From NCBI GenBank assembly GCA_031281345.1, contig JAITFN010000076.1, forward strand, positions 5,725-69,724: a stretch of DNA of 64,000 bases, read 5' to 3'. The position numbers were made by a program, and so were the translations under genes. Shown here piece by piece: positions 1 through 8,219 of the stretch (the stretch's first letter is position 1; each line of letters opens with the position of its first letter). The DNA is from Candidatus Fibrimonadaceae bacterium (GTDB taxonomy: Bacteria > Fibrobacterota > Fibrobacteria > Fibrobacterales > Fibrobacteraceae). Under the pieces are notes generated by a model. That model did no database searches, had not been told where the DNA came from, and worked only from the letters and a program-made list of their open reading frames with translations.

Positions 1-143
1 CGGAAATCAATAAGCTTGATGCCCATGCTAGGTACATATACAACGACTTTGAAAAAGTATATTACAACGAAGGCGATAAGATAGGCATGTATAGTGTCCG
101 CTGCCTGCAAGACCCCGCCCCACCCAAAGGAGAAGCAAAATGA
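1..143 (+). CDS. FISUMP-domain protein, C-terminal end only (5' part lies left of the window)
   Basis: Frame 3 reads ...GMYSVRCLQDPAPPKGEAK with stop TGA at 141-143. It has the same SVRCLQD end and PAPPKGEAK tail as 8220-8837. The stop overlaps the next start codon (ATGA). Confidence 0.8.
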   Translation, partial: EINKLDAHARYIYNDFEKVYYNEGDKIGMYSVRCLQDPAPPKGEAK

Positions 144-1309
144 ATAGAACCATCTTTTGCATTATAATCTGCTGCTTTTGCATATTCACGTGCAAATCCA
201 AGGAGACAGAGAAGCCCAAGGAGCCAGAGAAGCCCAAAGAAGAAATAAAAAAGATAGGCAACATAGACAAGCCTTTGAATTTGTCTTTGCACTTTAGCGG
301 ACCAGGGATAGCAATTTCTTCTAAAACTATTGACGGCAATATAATTGATACTTTGAACTATCCATATTCCATTCATATAGATAACGATAGCATAATGATT
401 TTCACTGTCTGGGCAGAAGAAAGGGTAGCAAAAGATAAGGAATATAGAGGCAAACTAACAGATGAGCAACATTTGAAAATTAAAACTATGGTTTCTGCTT
501 TAAACCAGGAATATGAAAAGAGTAAAGTCGTTATATTTGATGCCATGACTTGTATATTAAAAATTGATAATAAAGTTCATTATGAACAGAAAGCCTGTGA
601 GGATAATCCTGAATTTTCAATTGACCGTTTTCCACCAATGCCAAAAGAAATATTGCTTTTATTTCAATATATTGTAGATTTACCTCCCGTCAGAATAATG
701 AGACACCGTCAATATACCCCTCCCACCATTGCGCATCAAAAAGGTACCTTCACTGATACACGAGATGGCAAAGTCTATAAAACCACAAAAATCGGCGAGC
801 AGGTTTGGATGGCGGAGAATTTGAATTATGAGGCGAGTGGTTCAAGGTGCTATAATGATAGCACAGCATATTGCGATAAGTATGGGAAGTTATATAATTT
901 GGAAACGGCTATTAAGGCTTGTCCAAATGGTTGGCATTTGCCGAGCAGGGATGAGTGGGAGGTATTGACGAAAACGATTGGCGAGAGAACAGCATGCAAG
1001 TATCTTAAATCTACTAGCGGTTGGGACAAAAGTTACGGCGAAGATTCTGGCAATGGCGATGATAAGTACGGCTTTTCCGCCCTGCCTGGCGGCTATCGCT
1101 GGTTGAATGGCAGTTTCAGCAAGGTCGGCCGCTTCGGTGGCTGGTGGAGTGCCACCAAGTCCAGAAATCCTGAATATCCAGGCAACGTGGTCATCAGGAT
1201 TGAGGAATACATGAACGGTGCCACCAGCGACTACCCATACGAGAAGGACTTTTTGTTCAGTGTTCGTTGTGTGCAGGGTTCCGCCCCACCCAAAGGAGAG
1301 GCAAAATGA
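140..1309 (+). CDS. Lipoprotein: MNRT-type N-terminal domain (family B) plus C-terminal FISUMP domain
   Basis: 389-aa ORF with lipobox signal peptide MNRTIFCIIICCFCIFTC. The N-domain (DKPLNLSLHF, YPYSI, LTDEQ-LKIK-MVSALNQEYE) is shared with 5908, 8834 and the middle of 19946. The C-terminus reads GTFTDTRDGKVYKTTKIGEQVWMAENLNY...GWHLPS...FSALPGG...FSVRCVQG. AGGAG lies 7 nt upstream, inside the preceding ORF. Confidence 0.85.
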   Translation: MNRTIFCIIICCFCIFTCKSKETEKPKEPEKPKEEIKKIGNIDKPLNLSLHFSGPGIAISSKTIDGNIIDTLNYPYSIHIDNDSIMIFTVWAEERVAKDKEYRGKLTDEQHLKIKTMVSALNQEYEKSKVVIFDAMTCILKIDNKVHYEQKACEDNPEFSIDRFPPMPKEILLLFQYIVDLPPVRIMRHRQYTPPTIAHQKGTFTDTRDGKVYKTTKIGEQVWMAENLNYEASGSRCYNDSTAYCDKYGKLYNLETAIKACPNGWHLPSRDEWEVLTKTIGERTACKYLKSTSGWDKSYGEDSGNGDDKYGFSALPGGYRWLNGSFSKVGRFGGWWSATKSRNPEYPGNVVIRIEEYMNGATSDYPYEKDFLFSVRCVQGSAPPKGEAK

Positions 1310-1322
1310 CAAGCTACGGCGT

Positions 1323-2423
1323 TCAAAGTTTGGCAGGATTTTTCCTCATTTTCGCAATAATATCTTCCATAATTTTTTCAAATTCCTTTACATTCGGTAG
1401 TTTTCCTGATTTTATGGAAATTTCATCGTAAGCTCTACTATCTTCACCGTAAAAGATATAGAACATTCCACTTGTGCCGTAACCCACACCACCATCATCC
1501 AGTCGTTTTGGGACTCGTTCCCATTTATCAAGACAACAGGTGTATAAAGCCCTTATAAAATCCAGCCATTCCTCTATATTCAATTTAACGTTAATATTCT
1601 CTTTATCTAGCCCCTTCTCCTTTGGCTCTTTTCCGTGATACTCTGCTAGTGCGCCGTATAACGTTCTGTTTATTTCTAAATCATCTTTATTTTTAAATTC
1701 ATCTCCGTTCCAAAAAAAAGTTATCTTTTTAATTTTAATCTCAAAATCGCTCATCGGTTCTCCAAATCTTTTTTCGTATTTCGTTTTCAATTTAGTTAGA
1801 AACTCCGATTTATCTCCTTTTTCAATTTCAAATCTATGTTCTAAAAGATCCAAACTTCTTTGATTAAAATATATAAGTAATTTCCTCAAGCCGCCATCTG
1901 TATCTAAATTGTTATCTGATATTGTTTTTAACTGTTTTTTCAAGCCTCTGTTTAGATATTCCTTATAGTCTATACTTGTTTCTTTGATAAGTTTTCCTTT
2001 TTCAAAATGGAGAACAGAATAATATTTGTGCAAACTGTATCTGCCGTCTCTTTTATCTAAAGGCTCACCTTTACTTATGACTATTGAATCGGTGAACCAG
2101 CTCAATTTGAATATTGAATCTTTTGCAGCAAAGGTGGATAGAAATCCTTTCAATAGACTTTCAGAGCAGTTTCCAATATCTTTCAATATCAATTCATTAC
2201 CAACTATTTCAAATCCTGCATAGTATCCCTTCGCTAATGCTGTACAAAATCCTTCCCCTTTCCATTCCCATTTATTCGCTTTGTCCAGATAAGAATATAA
2301 AATAACATCATCTAATGAATATCCCTTGCCCTTGTATATAAGATAATCTGGAATTTGCTCGGTTGCATAAGACTTAACTGGTGCAAAAAACGCAAAGATG
2401 ATTATTAGGCAGAGGGAGCGCAT
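1323..2423 (-). CDS. Secreted protein of unknown function, paralog family C
   Basis: ORF 1323-2453. The internal ATG at 2423 gives signal peptide MRSLCLIIIFAFFAPVKSYA. Full-length paralogs are at 3378-4412 and 22454-23548 (YATEQIPDY-IYKGK, HFEKGKL-KET, GDKSEFLTKLKTKYEK-FG, TCCLDKWE). No catalytic family recognised. Confidence 0.75.
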   Translation of the reverse strand: MRSLCLIIIFAFFAPVKSYATEQIPDYLIYKGKGYSLDDVILYSYLDKANKWEWKGEGFCTALAKGYYAGFEIVGNELILKDIGNCSESLLKGFLSTFAAKDSIFKLSWFTDSIVISKGEPLDKRDGRYSLHKYYSVLHFEKGKLIKETSIDYKEYLNRGLKKQLKTISDNNLDTDGGLRKLLIYFNQRSLDLLEHRFEIEKGDKSEFLTKLKTKYEKRFGEPMSDFEIKIKKITFFWNGDEFKNKDDLEINRTLYGALAEYHGKEPKEKGLDKENINVKLNIEEWLDFIRALYTCCLDKWERVPKRLDDGGVGYGTSGMFYIFYGEDSRAYDEISIKSGKLPNVKEFEKIMEDIIAKMRKNPAKL

Positions 2424-2443
2424 TGTAGAAAATATATAAAATT

Positions 2444-2489
2444 CTGCCTGCAAGACACCCCCACCCCACCCAAAGGAGAGGCAAAATGA
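2444..2489 (+). pseudogene. Orphan 3' tail of a FISUMP gene (CLQDTPPPHPKGEAK, stop) including the SD-ATGA junction
   Basis: ctgcctgcaagacacccccaccccacccaaaggagaggcaaaATGA matches the last ~45 nt of 8220-8837 and 140-1309. No FISUMP body precedes it; it abuts the promoter spacer of 1323-2423. Confidence 0.55.
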
Positions 2490-2524
2490 TAAAATGTTGC
2501 ATAATTTCCTATATTAACAAATAT

Positions 2525-3304
2525 ATGCAATTTATTAGAGCCGTGCTGATTTTACTTATGCTGTGGTCGCTATGCTTCTCAGAAGCCCCAGGTCTCAACC
2601 ACTCTCCAACAAATTTTCCCGAAATAACATTCAAAATACAAGAAGTTATTGGTTCTTATTCAGAGAAAAAAATTGAGGCTATTGTGGATTCTAATATGTT
2701 AGGTTTACGCAGCGTTTACTATAAATATATAGATAGAGGGCAGGACATTGAAGGTGATATTTTGTTAAAATTTACAATCACTGCAAACGGCAAAGCATCC
2801 AATATTGACATATTATCCAGCACAACAGGAAATGCTGAATTTGATGAAGCCATTAAGAACAAAGCAGCCATTTGGAAATGGGAAACCACAAGGGGCGACA
2901 AACCTACATCAGTAACTCTTCTTTTTAGGTTCGTAATCCTTCATTCAAGCAGTCTATATTTTATTTTAAGTAGCCCATACCCACCTGAAAAGGTTCATTG
3001 GATTATGAATACTGGTTTTAATATGAATACTCGTATCCTTGCTTACTTGTGGAATGTTTACGTTGCTTTTCATAAATCAAAACCAGATCTTAAAGGCAAG
3101 ATAATTCTTAAATATACAATCTCAGATAGCGGAGAAGTTATTAAAGTTGATATAGTGGCTAGCACAACGGAATGGCCTCCATTTGACGAAGCCATTAAGA
3201 ACAAATTCGCCTCTAGCAAAAAATGGAAATTAAAAGACGAAAAAGAAAATTATAAAAGCGGCAATACTACGTTTATGAGGGAGTTTACTTATAAATGGGA
3301 ATGA
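2525..3304 (+). CDS. Secreted protein with two TonB C-terminal-like modules (paralog family D)
   Basis: ORF 2486-3304. The ATG at 2525 gives signal peptide MQFIRAVLILLMLWSLCFS. There are two modules of the type EGDILLKFTITANGKASNIDILSSTTGNAEFDEAIKNKAAIWKWE, which resembles the TonB_C pattern (G-V-V-F-I---G-V--V-V--S-G---D-AA--AV--W-F). Paralog at 19158-19949. Confidence 0.55.
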   Translation: MQFIRAVLILLMLWSLCFSEAPGLNHSPTNFPEITFKIQEVIGSYSEKKIEAIVDSNMLGLRSVYYKYIDRGQDIEGDILLKFTITANGKASNIDILSSTTGNAEFDEAIKNKAAIWKWETTRGDKPTSVTLLFRFVILHSSSLYFILSSPYPPEKVHWIMNTGFNMNTRILAYLWNVYVAFHKSKPDLKGKIILKYTISDSGEVIKVDIVASTTEWPPFDEAIKNKFASSKKWKLKDEKENYKSGNTTFMREFTYKWE

Positions 3305-3381
3305 TCCTCCTTATCCTCTGCACCGCTCTCTTTGCCCAGCAAAAAAGCACATTTACCGATACGCAAAGCTACGGCGTTTAA
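3301..3381 (+). pseudogene. Truncated 5' head of a FISUMP gene (signal peptide plus QQKSTFTDT only)
   Basis: The ATG overlaps the stop of 2525-3304 (ATGA). It encodes MILLILCTALFAQQKSTFTDTQSYGV, then stops. FISUMP homology ends at gatacgc and is replaced by AAGCTACGGCGTT, the 3' flank of family C gene 3378-4412. Confidence 0.6.
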
Positions 3382-4412
3382 GGCTTGGCAGAATTTTTCC
3401 CAATTTTCGCAATAATATCTTCCCAAACTTTTTCAAATTCATTTACATTCGGTAGCTGCCCTGATTTGATGGGAAATTCATAATGTTCATCGTAAGGGCG
3501 ATTTTTGCTGGAAGAATAAATATAGAACATTCCACCAAGTTCACTAGGATAACGACCTACCTGTTCTGCTACTAATTCCCATTTATCAAGACAACAGGTT
3601 GATAAAGCCCTTATAATATCCAGCCATTCTTCCATGCTCAACTTAGTTACAGTTCCAATTTTACTAAAATCAACTACTCGCGCACCGTATAGAGTTCTGG
3701 TTATTTCAAAGCTATATTCGTTCCCCAAACGTATCCTTTGAATTTTAAGTTCAAAATCGCTTATCGGTCTCCCAAATTTTTTTTCGTATTTCGTTTTCAA
3801 TTTAGTTAGAAACTCCGATTTATCACCTTTTTGTGTTTCCAGATAATGTTCTATTATTTCTAAATCAGCTTGATACTGATTTTCAGATAATTTTCTAAGG
3901 AGTTCTATTGAAGATATTTTTAAATGCCATTTCAATCTGTTGCTTAAATATTCCTTATAACTCATACGGGTTTCTTTAACGAGTTTTCCTTTTTCAAAAT
4001 GAAGAATGGAATAATATTCGTGTACGTCATCATACAAATATCTACCTTCTGCTATGACTATTGAATCTGTGAACCAGTCAAACTTGAATATTGAATCTTT
4101 TGCCGCAAAAGTGGATAGAAACTCTTTCAATAAGCTCTTAGAGCAGTTTCTAACATCTTTTAATCTCAACTCATTACCAACTATTTCATATGTCGCATAG
4201 TAATCTCTCGCTAGAGCTGTACACCAAAATCCATTTTTTCCTCCTGCCCATTCCCATTTATTCGCTTCTTTCAGATAAGGGTATAAAGGGCTATATTCCA
4301 ATGCATATTGTTTACCTTTATATATAAAATAATCTGGAATTTGCTCGGTTGCATAAGACTTAATCTGTGCAAAAAACGCAAAGAGGATTATTATTAGGGA
4401 GAGGTAGCGCAT
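3378..4412 (-). CDS. Secreted protein of unknown function, paralog family C
   Basis: ORF 3378-4484. The internal ATG at 4412 gives signal peptide MRYLSLIIILFAFFAQIKSYA. Collinear with 1323-2423 and 22454-23548. Confidence 0.75.
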   Translation of the reverse strand: MRYLSLIIILFAFFAQIKSYATEQIPDYFIYKGKQYALEYSPLYPYLKEANKWEWAGGKNGFWCTALARDYYATYEIVGNELRLKDVRNCSKSLLKEFLSTFAAKDSIFKFDWFTDSIVIAEGRYLYDDVHEYYSILHFEKGKLVKETRMSYKEYLSNRLKWHLKISSIELLRKLSENQYQADLEIIEHYLETQKGDKSEFLTKLKTKYEKKFGRPISDFELKIQRIRLGNEYSFEITRTLYGARVVDFSKIGTVTKLSMEEWLDIIRALSTCCLDKWELVAEQVGRYPSELGGMFYIYSSSKNRPYDEHYEFPIKSGQLPNVNEFEKVWEDIIAKIGKNSAKP

Positions 4413-4447
4413 TGTAGAAAATGTAGAAATTCCTATATTAAAAGAAG
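4413..4447. promoter_or_regulatory. 35-bp divergent spacer carrying conserved TAGAAA / TTCCTATATTA boxes (putative bidirectional promoter)
   Basis: tgtagaaaatgtagaaattcctatattaaaagaag lies between two divergent ATGs. Near-identical spacers occur at 17463-17498 and 23549-23582, with a partial copy at 2424-2443. Confidence 0.4.
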
Positions 4448-5911
4448 ATGAACAAAACCGCCACACTCCTTCTTGCCTGCACACTGCTCTGCGTTATTGC
4501 TTGCGGACAGAAAAATGAACAGGAAAAAGGCACCTTCACCGACACGAGAGACGGTAAAGAATACAAAACCGTAAAAATCGGCGAGCAGGTTTGGATGGCG
4601 GAGAATTTGAATTACGAGGTTGAAAATGGTCTATGCTATGGAGAAAATGGAAAGGTTGAGAAACATATAATTATAGGCGAGACTACGTTATCAGATAAAG
4701 AAATTCAGGATAACTGCAATGAATATGGGCGGCTTTACGATTGGGAAACTGCTATGGAAGTTTGTCCAGATGGTTGGCATTTGCCAAGCGATGAAGAGTG
4801 GATTAATTTATATAGCTATGTGGGTGGTGGCGAAACAGCGGGTAAATACTTGAAGTCAAAGAGTGGCTGGATTAACGAGTTTATACTTTATCCTTTCAAA
4901 TCCATAATGACTATATTACTGGCTCCACTACTAGCAGACAGTTTCAGAGAAATTCTTGATTTTTTTAAAGTCATTTTTAGTGAGTTTTTGAAATTCAGTA
5001 ATGGCAAGGATACTTTCAGTTTTAATGCATTGCCAAGTGGCTACGCTAGCGATAGTGGTTTTGGTTACTATAGATTTAACGGTGTTTACAGAAGTGCGTA
5101 TTGGTGGACTAGTTCTTTGAAGAATGTTGAGGATGGAGAGGATGCCTACTATCACAGAATGTATAGCAACGAAGAAGATGCTAGCAATAGCTATACTGGT
5201 AAAGGTTATTTCTATTCTGTCCGTTGCTTGCAGGGCACATCCACCGGAACAAAGGAACCTCCAAATGACCCTATGTGCGCGAATATACGGGCAGACTTTG
5301 CCCAGCAAAAAGGCACATTCACCGATACACGAGACAGCAAGGAATATGGAATAGTAAAAATTGGCGAACAGGTTTGGATGGCAGAGAATTTGAATTACAA
5401 GGTGAAAGGTAGTAAATGCTATAGCAACAAATCTGCCAACTGTTGCGAATATGGCAGGTTATATAATTGGAAAACGGCTATGACAGTTTGCCCGAGTGGT
5501 TGGCATTTGCCTAGCAATGCGGAGTGGGATATTTTATACCGCCACGTGGAAGATGGCAAAAGCGGTAAGAACACTCCTTATGCAAATTATAGCGAAACGG
5601 CAGGCAAGTTTTTAAAAGCTACGAGTGGCTGGAAAGATTACGAAGAAAAATCTGGCAACGGCAATGATAAGTTCGGATTTTCCGCTCTGCCAGGCGGCTA
5701 CGGTCATTCAGATAGCAAATTTCGCGATGTTGGCTACGAAGGTGGTTGGTGGAGTTCTAGTGAGGATGAGCGAGAGAATTACTTCGCCTACTGCCATGTT
5801 ATATACTACAATGGTGGGAAAGCCAACTCCGCTAAGATGTTTAAAAACATCTTGTACAGTGTCCGTTGCATACAAGACACCCCCGCCCCACCCAAAGGAA
5901 CAGCCAAATGA
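4448..5911 (+). CDS. Lipoprotein with two FISUMP domains
   Basis: 487 aa with lipobox MNKTATLLLACTLLCVIAC. There are two complete GTFTDTRD...SVRC(L/I)Q(G/D) units. The first carries a 43-aa hydrophobic in-frame insertion (4871-4999). The tail TPAPPKGTAK overlaps the next ATG. Confidence 0.85.
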   Translation: MNKTATLLLACTLLCVIACGQKNEQEKGTFTDTRDGKEYKTVKIGEQVWMAENLNYEVENGLCYGENGKVEKHIIIGETTLSDKEIQDNCNEYGRLYDWETAMEVCPDGWHLPSDEEWINLYSYVGGGETAGKYLKSKSGWINEFILYPFKSIMTILLAPLLADSFREILDFFKVIFSEFLKFSNGKDTFSFNALPSGYASDSGFGYYRFNGVYRSAYWWTSSLKNVEDGEDAYYHRMYSNEEDASNSYTGKGYFYSVRCLQGTSTGTKEPPNDPMCANIRADFAQQKGTFTDTRDSKEYGIVKIGEQVWMAENLNYKVKGSKCYSNKSANCCEYGRLYNWKTAMTVCPSGWHLPSNAEWDILYRHVEDGKSGKNTPYANYSETAGKFLKATSGWKDYEEKSGNGNDKFGFSALPGGYGHSDSKFRDVGYEGGWWSSSEDERENYFAYCHVIYYNGGKANSAKMFKNILYSVRCIQDTPAPPKGTAK

Positions 5912-7014
5912 ATAGAACTATCTTTTGCATTGTAATCTGCTGCTTTTGCATATTCACGTGCAAATCCAAAGAGACGGAGAAGCCCAAAGAAGAAATAGAC
6001 AACATAGACAAGCCTTTGAATTTGTCTTTGCACTTTAACGGACCAGGGGTATCAGTGTCTTATGACACTATTGACGGTAATGTAATTAAGACTTTAAATA
6101 GTCCATATTCCATTAATATTGTTAACGATAGCATAATGATTTTAGTTGGATGGATAGATGGAGATGAGGAATACAGAGATAAACTAACAGATGAGCAATA
6201 TTTGAAAATTAAAAATATGGTTTCTGCTTTAAATCAGGAATATGAATCTCTCTATAAGCGGAGATATCCGTATGACTACCGGACTTGTGTATTAAAAATT
6301 GATAATCAAGTTCGTTATGAACATGGGGGCTGTGCGAGTAATCCTGAATTTACAATTCCCAATTTTTCACCCATGCCAAAAGAAATATTGCTTTTATTTC
6401 GGTATATTGTAGATTTATCTTCCATTAGAATAATGAAACCCATTACAACCATCGCACATCAAAAAGGCACATTCAACGATAAGCGAGACGGTAAAACATA
6501 CAAAACCACAAAAATAGGCGAACAAGTTTGGCTGGCGGAAAATTTGAATTATGAAATGAAAAGTTTCTTTGGACTTTTCACTATAGGCAACAAATGCTAT
6601 GACAACAAACCTGCCAACTGCAATAAATACGGGAGATTATATAATTGGAAAACGGCAATGAAGGCTTGTCCAGAGGGTTGGCATTTGCCTAGCAGGGCAG
6701 AGTGGGAAGTATTGACGAAAGCGATTGGCGGCATAGAAATAGCAGGCAAGTACCTTAAATCTACTAGCGGTTGGGATTATTACGAAGGAAAATCTGGCAA
6801 TGGCGAGGATAAGTATGATTTTTCCGCCCTACCTAGCGGCTTTGGCAAATCTAATGGCGATTTCGGCAGTGGTGGCAGCAACGGCAGTTGGTGGAGTACT
6901 ACCGAGTACAGTGATGGCCACGCTGGTCTCTGGATTGTAGAATACATGGAGATTGCCAACTACCTACCATACGATAAGGACTTTTGGATCAGTGTTCGTT
7001 GCCTGCAAGACTAA
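5908..7014 (+). CDS. Lipoprotein: family B N-domain plus FISUMP domain
   Basis: ORF 5866-7014. The ATG at 5908 (ATGA overlap with the upstream stop) gives MNRTIFCIVICCFCIFTC. Collinear with 140-1309. Ends ISVRCLQD without the PPKGEAK tail. Confidence 0.85.
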   Translation: MNRTIFCIVICCFCIFTCKSKETEKPKEEIDNIDKPLNLSLHFNGPGVSVSYDTIDGNVIKTLNSPYSINIVNDSIMILVGWIDGDEEYRDKLTDEQYLKIKNMVSALNQEYESLYKRRYPYDYRTCVLKIDNQVRYEHGGCASNPEFTIPNFSPMPKEILLLFRYIVDLSSIRIMKPITTIAHQKGTFNDKRDGKTYKTTKIGEQVWLAENLNYEMKSFFGLFTIGNKCYDNKPANCNKYGRLYNWKTAMKACPEGWHLPSRAEWEVLTKAIGGIEIAGKYLKSTSGWDYYEGKSGNGEDKYDFSALPSGFGKSNGDFGSGGSNGSWWSTTEYSDGHAGLWIVEYMEIANYLPYDKDFWISVRCLQD

Positions 7015-7045
7015 CACACGTGCAAAATTTTCTATATTCAAAGAA

Positions 7046-7258
7046 ATGAGCTTTATAGGAACCATAGTGATAAAAGAAGAGGAAGACTGGTTTGTAGCCA
7101 CTTGCTTGGAAAATGATATTGCTTCACAGGGGAAAACAATAAACGAAGCAATAGACAACTTAAAAGAAACAATAGCTTTGTATTATGAAGACGAAGAAGA
7201 TGTTAGCATAGCTAAAAGCAAGCAAGTTTATGTAACCACTTTGGAAATGGCTATATAA
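7046..7258 (+). CDS. hicB: HicB-like antitoxin (UPF0150 fold)
   Basis: 70 aa: MSFIGTIVIKEEEDWFVATCLENDIASQGKTINEAIDNLKETIALYYEDEE. This is the typical HicB N-domain pattern (W-A-CPEL-G--SQG-T-EEA--N-KEAI-L). TTCTATATT box lies 7 nt upstream of the ATG. Confidence 0.7.
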   Translation: MSFIGTIVIKEEEDWFVATCLENDIASQGKTINEAIDNLKETIALYYEDEEDVSIAKSKQVYVTTLEMAI

Positions 7259-7407
7259 TGGGTGATAAAAAAGGTAGTCACGCGAAATATTCAAATGGCA
7301 TTAGAATTGTGATTATTCCTATACATAGTACTATTGCAAAAGGAACATTGAAAAGCATTTTAATTCAAGCAGGAATAGAATTAAATGAATTTTTAGGTTT
7401 GCTGTAA
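7258..7407 (+). CDS. HicA-like toxin, N-terminally truncated (49 aa)
   Basis: The ORF is below the track cutoff: MGDKKGSHAKYSNGIRIVIIPIHSTIAKGTLKSILIQAGIELNEFLGLL. The KGSH...IP-H...I-KGTLKSIL-QAGI core of HicA is present, but the ~20 N-terminal residues normally preceding KGSH are absent. An in-frame stop lies at 7213-7215. The start overlaps the hicB stop (TAATG) and the stop overlaps the next ATG. Confidence 0.55.
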   Translation: MGDKKGSHAKYSNGIRIVIIPIHSTIAKGTLKSILIQAGIELNEFLGLL

Positions 7408-7886
7408 TGCCCACGCCCAAATTCACCGCCGCCCTAGCCTGCACATTGCTCTGCACCGCCATCTTTGCACAGCAAAAAGCATCCTATGAAGCTACGTGGC
7501 TATTGATTGAAAAGGCAGGCAATGGCTATGTGGTGTACAATTATCCGAGTCGGTGGAACGATGGAGAAACGAAAAGCCCAGAAATTTTTAGAGTTAGAGG
7601 TGACAGTTTAATATGGATAAACTTTGCAGATGATCCGGCGGGGTTGGTGTATAAATTGAGTGATGTTGTAAAATTAAACGATAACTCGTATAAATTTGAT
7701 TTTAAACGTGGTACTAATTTTAGGTTTGATTATGTAGATAAAGCCAAACATATCGCTCAATGGAGAATATATCACAGCGATGGCAGACTTTATGGAGATG
7801 ATCTATATATTGACAGTTTGTACAATACTTTTCCTATTGTTGACTATGAATGGAAAGAAGGACCGATAGATGGCGAAGCGGATTAA
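7407..7886 (+). CDS. Secreted protein of unknown function, paralog family G
   Basis: 159 aa with signal peptide MPTPKFTAALACTLLCTAIFAQQ. Paralog at 21567-22055 (YEATWLLI-KAGN-YVVYNYPS-WNDG, LYIDSLYNTFPIVDYEWKE-PID-EAD). Confidence 0.7.
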   Translation: MPTPKFTAALACTLLCTAIFAQQKASYEATWLLIEKAGNGYVVYNYPSRWNDGETKSPEIFRVRGDSLIWINFADDPAGLVYKLSDVVKLNDNSYKFDFKRGTNFRFDYVDKAKHIAQWRIYHSDGRLYGDDLYIDSLYNTFPIVDYEWKEGPIDGEAD

Positions 7887-8196
7887 ATTATTAAAAATCA
7901 CTAAAATTATTTGGGGAATTATCTGTATATTTTACGTGTGGCTAATGTCTGATGATTTCTATACGGTTCTTAAAACACCTGAAATATATCATTTGGGTGG
8001 TGAAGAACTTATAGCAGACGGTTGGTTGTATGAACCTCAAAAATTATATCTTACTGACTGTGCTATTTCAATTATTTGGTTTCTTATCGGTTTAATGCTT
8101 TGCCTGTTTCAGCATAAGAGGGAAAAATTAAAATATGGATTTATAGTACATATAATTACAACTTTCATATATGTTATTGTTGTCAATATGAGATAA
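7870..8196 (+). CDS. Small integral membrane protein
   Basis: 108 aa with three hydrophobic helices. Overlaps 7407-7886 by 17 nt. Only its last ~32 nt survive in the duplicated locus at 22060-22095. Confidence 0.55.
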   Translation: MAKRIKLLKITKIIWGIICIFYVWLMSDDFYTVLKTPEIYHLGGEELIADGWLYEPQKLYLTDCAISIIWFLIGLMLCLFQHKREKLKYGFIVHIITTFIYVIVVNMR

Positions 8197-8219
8197 ATTT
8201 TTTTGCTATCTTACAATAA

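Noticed and set aside
890-1312. Long antisense or alternative-frame ORFs inside FISUMP, GLUG and Ser-rich genes (for example 890-1312, 9551-10267, 19937-20482, 10736-11170, 12704-12976, 15829-16080, 35679-36062)
   Set aside because: They lie entirely within better-supported genes that have recognisable domains and signal peptides. They have odd composition (Pro/Ala/Leu-rich or repeat-shadow) and recur only because the sense genes are paralogous. I treat them as shadow ORFs.
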